DNA from: Accumulibacter sp.
Lineage (GTDB): Bacteria; Pseudomonadota; Gammaproteobacteria; Burkholderiales; Rhodocyclaceae
Length of the DNA: 64,000 bases
Direction of reading: 5' to 3'
Assembly (NCBI RefSeq): GCF_029255285.1
Contig: NZ_JAPUVI010000041.1
Location: forward strand, 8,986 to 72,985
Shown: piece by piece, positions 1 through 7,072 of the stretch
Position numbering within the stretch: the stretch's first letter is position 1
How the letters are laid out: each line of letters begins with the position of its first letter
Translations under genes and position numbers: made by a program
The notes under the pieces: model-generated
Databases searched by the model: none
What the model saw: the letters and a program-made list of their open reading frames with translations, nothing else
What the model was told of the DNA's origin: nothing

Positions 1-183
1 GCCCATAGTAGGCGCTGTTGGCCAGCTTCAGCAGCGCCGCGACCAGACCCGGATCGAGTTCCACCACCTCGACCAACTCCTGGGTCGTGGAATCCGGCGA
101 AGCGATCAGTTCGTTCAGGCGGACCGCCACTTCGGGCAGGGTAAAGAGCTGGCTGACTTCCTGGACCAAGTGTTGTGGCGTCA
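1..183 (-). CDS. HDOD-domain signalling protein, N-terminal fragment (gene continues past the left window edge)
   Basis: Reverse-strand ATG at 181-183, with the frame open to position 1. Translation MTPQHLVQEVSQLFTLPEVAVRLNELIASPDSTTQELVEVVELDPGLVAALLKLANSAYYG looks like the start of HDOD-domain proteins. Absent from the ORF track because the window edge truncates it. Confidence 0.5.
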
Positions 184-314
184 TGACGCAAACCTCGCGA
201 AAAAAATAAAGCATACCCCGATTCGCGAAGCAGAACTCATGCGGTCTCAGCAAAATGCCTTCCGCGTACCGGGCGCTGGGGCATCGATTTTGGTGGCCGG
301 GCGCCGCCCTGCCA

Positions 315-1100
315 TCAACCGCGTGGATCGGGAGTGAAACCGCCGGGAAACGGGTTGGCGACCGGCGGCTGGGGCTTGGCGCGCGGAATGATGCCCTGGG
401 CCAGAAGGTTGGTGCGACTGTCGTAATGGATGGCGACGATCTCGGAAGGCAGCTCCGTGGCACGGCGAAAATCGGTGTATTGGGTCGGAGCGCTGATGCG
501 CTCGCCGTGGCCGGTACCCAGACGCGACTCCGCAAGCCGGCCCCCCACTTCGTCACGCGCCGTTGCCGCTGTCTTCGCTTCAGCGGTCGACGCGGCCGGG
601 GCGGCGGCCCGCTCGTGTTCGCGCGCCTGCCTGCTCACCGGTGGCGTGACGGCCAGGGTCGCCTCACGGTAGACGGCGACGCCGATCACGCCGACGTTTT
701 CGGGCCGGTCGGTGCGCCCCGCGTAGCTATCGGCCAGGCTGGTGAAATAGAAAGCGGCGACATCATCCATGCTCTTCCGCCAACCGCCGATCTCCGCCGA
801 CTGCCAGGGCGACAGGACATAACCCGACTGCGAGCTGGCCGCCGTCTGCCCACTCAGCGCGTTGATACCGTCGACCGATACCACGGTCAACAGCCGTCCT
901 GCACTCTTGTTGCGCAGCAGGACAACGTAGCGCTTGCCGGGGGTACCGGCGACATACAGGCGCCCTTGATGGCGATAGACTTCGAGCGTCTGACCACTGC
1001 TGCGGTCGATGACGCTGATGTCAACCAGCGCACCGGCGTCAGCGATACCAACACAGGCGGCCAGCGACAGGGCGGCGAACAGGGTGGGGATATTTTTCAT
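315..1100 (-). CDS. Secreted hypothetical protein, third gene of the ECF sigma operon
   Basis: ATG start with AGGAG RBS. N-terminal signal peptide MKNIPTLFAALSLAACVGIADA. Natural-looking composition, unlike the Arg/Gly-rich shadow ORF on the plus strand. Lies directly downstream of the sigma/anti-sigma pair. Confidence 0.7.
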   Translation of the reverse strand: MKNIPTLFAALSLAACVGIADAGALVDISVIDRSSGQTLEVYRHQGRLYVAGTPGKRYVVLLRNKSAGRLLTVVSVDGINALSGQTAASSQSGYVLSPWQSAEIGGWRKSMDDVAAFYFTSLADSYAGRTDRPENVGVIGVAVYREATLAVTPPVSRQAREHERAAAPAASTAEAKTAATARDEVGGRLAESRLGTGHGERISAPTQYTDFRRATELPSEIVAIHYDSRTNLLAQGIIPRAKPQPPVANPFPGGFTPDPRG

Positions 1101-1167
1101 GACGGTCTCCTTGGTTGAAGTGAGTAGGTGACCGTGTAAACGCTAACGACCGGCAAACGGGGTCGAG

Positions 1168-1989
1168 TCAGCGGCGAAGATCGTCTGGCAGAGGGTAGTC
1201 TGGATGGGCACGTCGGAATTCGCGCAGTTGCCGCGCAGCTTCCTCGATCTGCCCGGCGCGCCGCAGTGCCCGAATTTCGTCGAGCCAGACGGCCGGAGAG
1301 CGAGCCTGGTCGACGCTCGACTCCGCGGGGGCAGGCGAGGTGTCACGGAGGACCGAAGACGAGCGGGCGGCCGTGGGGCGCGCGGTTTCGCCACGCTCCT
1401 TCACCCCGGCGGTACTCTCGACCGGGGCTGGCCACGGGCTCTCACGCTTCGCCTCGGCAGACGTCGCGGCGGGGGCCGCCGGCCACACCTGACGTTCGTC
1501 TTGCTTCGGCGAAGCGGACTCGGCGGTCGATCGGGCAGCGGCGGGCGCCTCGTTCTCGCTAGCCCCAGCGGGCGAAGATGGTGCGATCTTCCCGCTGGCC
1601 GCCGACGGCTTCTGCAACGCCGCCGCTGGTACTGCCGAAACAGTAGCGGGTGTCGGTCCGGCTCGCTCAGCCAGAGGATCGCTCGGTGCATCGCGCCGTA
1701 CCTCGGGCAGCGTCGGCTCGCTAGTAGGTGGCGTCGATCGATACGCCGGCTGCCGTTCGTGCAGCAGGGCCAGAGTTAGACTCAACACGAGCGTCGTCGC
1801 CAGGGCTAGTGAGGTGCGCCAGCGCGACCACCAGCTGCCACGCAGCGGCACACGATGATCGGCCAGCGCTGCCCGCGCTGCGGCCAGAACACGCTGGTCC
1901 AGCGCGGCCGATGGCTCGGCCACCGAGAACTGCCGGTACAGAGCGGAGAGTTTTGGATCTCTCGGCGAATCCCGGAGCGGCTCGCTCAT
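1168..1989 (-). CDS. Putative membrane anti-sigma factor (short cytoplasmic N-terminus, one TM, Pro/Ala-rich periplasmic part)
   Basis: Its start overlaps the sigma-factor stop by 4 nt (ATGA at 1986-1989). One hydrophobic segment, WRTSLALATTLVLSLTLALL. No ZAS HxxxCxxC motif seen. Confidence 0.65.
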   Translation of the reverse strand: MSEPLRDSPRDPKLSALYRQFSVAEPSAALDQRVLAAARAALADHRVPLRGSWWSRWRTSLALATTLVLSLTLALLHERQPAYRSTPPTSEPTLPEVRRDAPSDPLAERAGPTPATVSAVPAAALQKPSAASGKIAPSSPAGASENEAPAAARSTAESASPKQDERQVWPAAPAATSAEAKRESPWPAPVESTAGVKERGETARPTAARSSSVLRDTSPAPAESSVDQARSPAVWLDEIRALRRAGQIEEAARQLREFRRAHPDYPLPDDLRR

Positions 1990-2576
1990 AGCAAGTCCCG
2001 CAGCGAATGTCTCAATTTGCCCAGCGCGTAGCGCAGGCGGCTCTTCGCCGTTTCGCGCCCCGTCTCGGTCGCGGCGGCGATTTCGTCTAGGGTCAATCCA
2101 CCCTCCTCGGCGAGCAAAAAAACATCACGCTGGGCGACTGGCAGGTCGGCCAAGGCCAAGCTGATGCGCTCTGCGGTCGTCCGACGTTCGAGCAGAGCGT
2201 GCGGCGTCTCGTGATCGGCAGCGGGCAACTGGTCGATCAACTCGTCCACGGGGTCGAGCTCATCGTTCATGCCGAGCGGCGCGAAGCTGGCCGCCAACCG
2301 GGGCGCTTGTTGCCGATAATGATCGATGAGACGGTGACGCGCAATCCGGAAAACCCATGTCGAGAAGCGTGCCAGCGGTTCGTAGCCGGCGCGCGCGTTG
2401 ATGACTTTGATCCAGACCTCCTGAAAAAGCTCCTCGGCAAGCGCCGTGTTCCCGCAATGCCGGTCGAGATAACGATAGAGTGAGCCTCGATAGCGACGGT
2501 AAAGCGTTGTGAACGCCTCGGCGTCACCAGCACGGTAGGCCAGCATCAATCGCTCGTCGCTCCACTCTCCTCGCAT
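1986..2576 (-). CDS. ECF (sigma-70 family group 4) RNA polymerase sigma factor
   Basis: Region 2 and region 4 signatures: EELFQEVWIKV, FSTWVFRIARHRLIDHYR, and a C-terminal helix-turn-helix LTLDEIAAATETGRETAKSRLRYA. Confidence 0.9.
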   Translation of the reverse strand: MRGEWSDERLMLAYRAGDAEAFTTLYRRYRGSLYRYLDRHCGNTALAEELFQEVWIKVINARAGYEPLARFSTWVFRIARHRLIDHYRQQAPRLAASFAPLGMNDELDPVDELIDQLPAADHETPHALLERRTTAERISLALADLPVAQRDVFLLAEEGGLTLDEIAAATETGRETAKSRLRYALGKLRHSLRDLL

Positions 2577-2649
2577 TCGCGCAGTCTAGCGGCTGGCTGA
2601 GCAAACGCAAGCAAGCACCGCTAGCCAAAGCCGAAGCCACCGCGCCGGG

Positions 2650-2658
2650 TGTTAGAAT
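2650..2658 (+). promoter_or_regulatory. Extended -10 promoter element (TGtTAGAAT) for the FecR-SPOR gene
   Basis: TGTTAGAAT at 2650-2658, 29 nt upstream of the ATG at 2687. No good -35 hexamer. Confidence 0.35.
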
Positions 2659-2686
2659 CATCTCCCTTCGTCATCGGAGACCGCTA

Positions 2687-3586
2687 ATGACCTGGCATCG
2701 TGTGTGCGCTATTTTAGGCGGCTGTCTGCCGGCCATGATCCTGCCGGCACAGACATCGGCCGCCGGCCCGAAAGCTGAGGCAATCGTCGACCGCGTGCAA
2801 ACGCCCGCCTGGATCGAGCGACACGGCATGCGGCAAAAGCTTTCGACGGGGCTGGTGCTGCGCAATCGCGATCACCTGATTACAGGGCCCGGCGCCCGCC
2901 TACGGATTCAGCTCGGCGATGGCAGCGTCGTCGGACTCGGCGCCGACAGCCGCCTCGAATTGAATGCGCTGGGCGTACGCGAGCGAGATGTCTTCACGGC
3001 GGCTCTCGACCTGCGACAAGGCACGCTGCGTTTCAGCACCGGCGCCCTGGCCAGAAGTGTTCGGCAGCGGGCCGTCAATCTGCGCGTTGGCTCAATCACC
3101 GCGACCATTCGGGGAACGGACCTTTGGGGCTCTGCCGATCAGGATGGAGACCGCATCTGCCTGCTCGAGGGCGGCATCACCGTCGTTCACCCGCAGGCCG
3201 AGGCGCAGCAGATGGACCAGCCGCTGCGCTGTTACAACGCACCAAAAGGGGAGGCGCCACTGACGCTCGAGATAGCCAGCCAGCAGCAACTGTCCGCGTG
3301 GACGGCGCAAACCGATCCGCCTTTTGACCGCCGCTCAGATCCTCGGCAAAACAAATGGGGGGTAGAAGTGGCTACCGTAGATAGTGAGTCCGCAGCACTC
3401 GCCCTTTACGACCGTCTTCGCGACGCTGGCTACGAGGCCCGGATCAAGCCACAACCGGCCGCCGGTGGGACTTATCGTTACTCCGTTCGCCTTACCCGGT
3501 TGACGACCGGGAATGAAGCGGCCGAACTGGCGAAACAGTTCGCCCCCTCGCTCCCGATCCCTTCACCAACGGCTATCGGTCGCTGA
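2687..3586 (+). CDS. Periplasmic FecR-domain protein with a C-terminal SPOR (peptidoglycan-binding) domain
   Basis: GGAG RBS 7 nt upstream of the ATG. Signal peptide ending in AQTSAAG. FecR-like beta-rich middle section. C-terminal WGVEVATVDSESAALALYDRLRDAGYEARIKP...YRYSVRLTRL looks like a SPOR repeat. Confidence 0.75.
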   Translation: MTWHRVCAILGGCLPAMILPAQTSAAGPKAEAIVDRVQTPAWIERHGMRQKLSTGLVLRNRDHLITGPGARLRIQLGDGSVVGLGADSRLELNALGVRERDVFTAALDLRQGTLRFSTGALARSVRQRAVNLRVGSITATIRGTDLWGSADQDGDRICLLEGGITVVHPQAEAQQMDQPLRCYNAPKGEAPLTLEIASQQQLSAWTAQTDPPFDRRSDPRQNKWGVEVATVDSESAALALYDRLRDAGYEARIKPQPAAGGTYRYSVRLTRLTTGNEAAELAKQFAPSLPIPSPTAIGR

Positions 3587-3629
3587 CGCCGAGTGCCGAG
3601 TCTAACCGTCTCGGCCGCCTGTCTTGCGT

Positions 3630-3977
3630 TCACGTGGCCTGATGGTAAAGGCGAAAACACTCGTTCCATTTTACTTGCCACAACCGAGCGAGGCTCTGTG
3701 CAGTAATCAAATTCAGCTTCGAGAGACGGTTCTGGTGCCGCCATAGCCACGAGAAGCATGTCCTCGCTCCGGCCGCCTGGCGGACGACGCTACGGCCACC
3801 TTCAGCCTCCGCAAAGTCTATGAAACGCTCCACCGCGACGCGATAGTAATCCGAACTGTCGCAGCAACCGGTCATCACTTCGGCTTCACCGGCCGCGCGG
3901 CGCCAAAGCTTGAGCGCGAGTTCTTCACTAATACCGGTCTTGTGGGCAATCCACGGCAGGATTTTAGGTGCTTTCAT
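3630..3977 (-). CDS. Hypothetical 115-aa protein (orphan)
   Basis: ATG preceded by GAGGAG at 7-nt spacing, plus a near-consensus sigma-70 promoter about 90 nt upstream. I recognise no family. The 3' part is less GC-rich than its neighbours. Confidence 0.5.
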   Translation of the reverse strand: MKAPKILPWIAHKTGISEELALKLWRRAAGEAEVMTGCCDSSDYYRVAVERFIDFAEAEGGRSVVRQAAGARTCFSWLWRHQNRLSKLNLITAQSLARLWQVKWNECFRLYHQAT

Positions 3978-4066
3978 GCTATTACTCCTCAGGTACTGGC
4001 CATGCCAGACACTTCAAATTCGGACGGAAGTCTCGTGAACCTCACGCTTTGTTGCAGTGCAGCATC

Positions 4067-4095
4067 ATTATAGGGATTCTGCACAGAAAAAGTAA
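4067..4095 (-). promoter_or_regulatory. Sigma-70 promoter TTACTT-N17-TATAAT driving the 115-aa ORF
   Basis: On the minus strand, the -35 TTACTT is at 4090-4095 and the -10 TATAAT at 4067-4072, with a 17-nt spacer. Confidence 0.5.
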
Positions 4096-4363
4096 GGATA
4101 TTCACCTAATTCTCGACTTCAATGAGGGCGGCAAACTTGTTCTTACAAGCGCCGAGGATCCGCCGGATGGAAGCCATCCATGCTGCACAACAATGTCAGC
4201 GGCCCCTCAACTGGCTACCACGTTAGCACTAGCCGCCGCGTCGCGCCGTGACTTAACGCACAAGACCCAGCCTATGCATCGCGCGGGATGGCCGGGTGCG
4301 CGAGAAAATCCACACATGGTGCCGCCCTCTTCCGATCCGTGGCGCTTCGACAGAACACCGCAC

Positions 4364-5671
4364 TCAGCTTCCCGCAGCGCGCTCGAAGAGCGCAATCGAC
4401 TCGACGTGCGAAGTGTTGGGGAACATGTTGACCACACCCGCCCCGCGCAAACGGTAGCCCTTCTGACTTACCAGGATGGCTGCATCCCGCGCCAAGGTCG
4501 CCGGGCTGCACGAGATGTAGACGATGCGCAGAGGACTCTCGGAACCGAGCGACTTGACGAGTTCCAGCGCGCCTTCGCGCGGCGGATCGATCAGCATCTT
4601 GTCGAAACGCCCGAGATCGCTCAGGGTGTCGTCGGTCGCCGCGAAGAGGTTCGCCACCCGATACTCTACGCGATCTTGCAAGCCATTGGTCGCCGCATTC
4701 TCGACCGCCCGGCGCACCAGTTCCGGACTTCCCTCGACGCCGAGGACGCTGGCACCCGAACGGGCGATCGGCAGCGTAAAGTTCCCGAGACCGCAGAACA
4801 TATCGGCAATGTGCTCACCGGGGCGAGGATCGAGCAGGCGAAGCGCACGGCGGACGAGGACACGATTGACCGGGTGGTTGACCTGAGTGAACTCGGTCGG
4901 CGAAAAGAAATGCTCGACGGCAAAGTCCGGCAAGACGTAGGACAGGCGTGGACCCTCGAGCGGATAGAAGCGATAGGCGGTGGCCGGCCCAGCCGGCTGC
5001 AGGTAGAAAACAACGCCATGGCGGTCGGCAAACTCGCGCAACAACACTTCGTCGACCGTCGTAAGCGAATCCAGAATGCGCAGGACCAGCGCCGTCATTC
5101 GTTCGCCAACGGCGACCTCGATCTGCGGCAGGCGGTCCCGGATCGTCATCCGGCCAACCAACTCGCGCAGGGGCAGCAGCATCGCCGACAGATGGAAAGG
5201 CAGAATCTCGCACTGCTGCATGTCGGCAACGTAACTGCTCTTCCTCTCGTGAAATCCAACGAGCACACCGCCCTTCTTGGCGACGAAGCGGACCGACAAG
5301 CGGGCACGATAGCGGTACGACCAGGGCTGGCCGTAGATCGGCGCGTACAGTTGCTCGGCGGTGAGGCGCCCGAGATGTCGGAGATTGTCCTCCAACAGCC
5401 GCTGTTTGGCCGCCACCTGCGCCAATGGGTCGAGGTGTTGCATGCTGCAACCACCGCAGACGCCGAAGTGTGGGCAGCGCGGCGACACGCGATCCGGTGA
5501 GGCTTTCAGAATATGCAGCGCGCGCGCCACTTCGTAACTCGGCTTGCGGCGATAGCTGGCATACTCGACCGTTTCGCCAGGCAAGGCGCCCTCCACGAAA
5601 ACCGTCTTGCCATCGAGCCGGGTGACTCCTCGCGCCTCGTGATCTAGCGATTCGATGATTCCTTCTGGCAT
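4364..5671 (-). CDS. rlmD: 23S rRNA (uracil1939-C5)-methyltransferase
   Basis: N-terminal TRAM-like segment, the Fe-S cysteine cluster [15 protein letters not shown], and a C-terminal SAM methyltransferase ([18 protein letters not shown]). Confidence 0.9.
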   Translation of the reverse strand: MPEGIIESLDHEARGVTRLDGKTVFVEGALPGETVEYASYRRKPSYEVARALHILKASPDRVSPRCPHFGVCGGCSMQHLDPLAQVAAKQRLLEDNLRHLGRLTAEQLYAPIYGQPWSYRYRARLSVRFVAKKGGVLVGFHERKSSYVADMQQCEILPFHLSAMLLPLRELVGRMTIRDRLPQIEVAVGERMTALVLRILDSLTTVDEVLLREFADRHGVVFYLQPAGPATAYRFYPLEGPRLSYVLPDFAVEHFFSPTEFTQVNHPVNRVLVRRALRLLDPRPGEHIADMFCGLGNFTLPIARSGASVLGVEGSPELVRRAVENAATNGLQDRVEYRVANLFAATDDTLSDLGRFDKMLIDPPREGALELVKSLGSESPLRIVYISCSPATLARDAAILVSQKGYRLRGAGVVNMFPNTSHVESIALFERAAGS

Positions 5672-5819
5672 TCGTTTCGTCCACCGGTAAAGCGCGCGAT
5701 GTTATCTCGAACGCCGGTTGCACAGCGCAGTCGTCAGCCTGAATCCTCGCCGCGTTTTGATGAGCGCTCGGCGAAAGCGTTCCGCCTGCAGGCACGACAT
5801 CAGCCCGCGACGGCCGAAA

Positions 5820-7010
5820 TCAATCGCCAGCCGCTGGAACGATCCGCTGCCGGTAGTTGATCGAGAGAGCCGTGAGCAAGGGATGCTCGGCCAGTCGCCT
5901 GGCGAACTCGTTTTCTGCCCGACTCAAGGTGGCGATGTCCGCCAGCGCCTCGTGAGGCAAATAGACCTCGGCCTCGACACGCCCATTGAGATAGTGCAGG
6001 ACGACTCGTTGCGGTTCGGGCAAGCCCGCCAGAACCGGTGCCAGATGGCTCATCAGTTCGTGCCGATCCAGCATCGCCTGCGTGCTGCTGTCGTGGTCCA
6101 GATCATCCTCCACGTCGACATGGACGAGCACGTCCGACACCGAGGGGTGGCTCTCGAGCACCCGCTTGCGGGTCGTCTCGGCGATGCGATGGCCTTCCGA
6201 AACGCTGATCCGCGGGTCGACGCAGACGTGCGCGTCAACCAGCGAGCGATGCGCCATGCGCCGGGTACGCAGTTCGTGCAGACTGCTCACGCCAGGGGTG
6301 TCAATGATCACCTGGCGGATGCTGGCGACTTCTTCGGTCGACAAACCGGTGTCGATCAACTCCTGGATCGCCTCCCACGAGAAAACGACGCCCATGCGCA
6401 CGATCATGAAACCCACGATGATAGCTGCCACGGAGTCGGCAAAGTTGAAGCCCATCAGGTTGCCGACGATGCCGACGGCCACGACCAGGGAAGAGGCGGC
6501 ATCCGAACGGGCGTGCCAGGCGTTGGCGATCATCATCGGCGAACGCAGGCGCTCGCCGACACGAAGCATGTAGCGAAACAATCCCTCCTTCGCCGCCAGC
6601 GCCAGGATCGCCGTCCACAACGCCAGCGACGCGACGGGCGGCAGATCGTCAAGGTTTTGCAGCTTCACCCCGGCCCCCCAGATGATTCCGGCGCCCGTTA
6701 CCGCGAGGATCGCCCCAAGCGCAAACGACGCCGCTGTTTCGACGCGGGCGTGGCCATAGGGGTGGCTCTCGTCGGCAGGATCTTTGCTGTGATGAGCGGC
6801 AAACAGAACCAGAAAGTCGCACACAAGATCGGACAACGAATGCAGTCCGTCAGCGATCAAACCCTGCGAATGCGCCAGAATGCCGACGATGACCTGTACC
6901 GCGGTGAGGAAAACGTTGACCATGACGCTGATCCAGGTGCAGCGCTGAGTCATACCGTGCCGCCCCGGATCATCAAAGGACACTTCGGGAATGTCTTTGT
7001 AGGCACTCAT
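5820..7010 (-). CDS. Cation diffusion facilitator (CDF) family metal efflux transporter with a C-terminal extension
   Basis: CDF signature HSLSDLVCDF...HPYGHARVE, six hydrophobic segments and a cytoplasmic dimerisation-type domain. About 90 further residues are of unknown function. Confidence 0.9.
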   Translation of the reverse strand: MSAYKDIPEVSFDDPGRHGMTQRCTWISVMVNVFLTAVQVIVGILAHSQGLIADGLHSLSDLVCDFLVLFAAHHSKDPADESHPYGHARVETAASFALGAILAVTGAGIIWGAGVKLQNLDDLPPVASLALWTAILALAAKEGLFRYMLRVGERLRSPMMIANAWHARSDAASSLVVAVGIVGNLMGFNFADSVAAIIVGFMIVRMGVVFSWEAIQELIDTGLSTEEVASIRQVIIDTPGVSSLHELRTRRMAHRSLVDAHVCVDPRISVSEGHRIAETTRKRVLESHPSVSDVLVHVDVEDDLDHDSSTQAMLDRHELMSHLAPVLAGLPEPQRVVLHYLNGRVEAEVYLPHEALADIATLSRAENEFARRLAEHPLLTALSINYRQRIVPAAGD

Positions 7011-7043
7011 GGGCTTCCTCGCCTCCGGAGAAAAAGGGAAAGA

Positions 7044-7072
7044 ATTATAGGTCAGTCCGGTAACGGTGCGAA
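7044..7072 (-). promoter_or_regulatory. Candidate promoter TTCGCA-N17-TATAAT for the CDF gene
   Basis: On the minus strand the TATAAT is at 7044-7049, just downstream of the SNF2 stop. The weak -35 at 7067-7072 lies inside the SNF2 3' end. Confidence 0.3.

Noticed and set aside
3968-5500. Very long ORFs antisense to confident genes. Examples: 3968..5500(+) opposite rlmD, 5718..7211(+) opposite the CDF gene, 31124..33172(+) opposite atpA/atpG, 15013..16638(+) opposite the ligase gene, 24763..26025(-) opposite the 535-aa gene, and 61264..62991(+) opposite the aldehyde dehydrogenase.
   Set aside because: Their translations are Arg/Gly/Pro/His-rich and low in complexity, with no recognisable motifs. 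This is typical of shadow ORFs in GC-rich DNA, where stop codons are rare on the antisense strand. In every case the opposite strand encodes a well-recognised protein.
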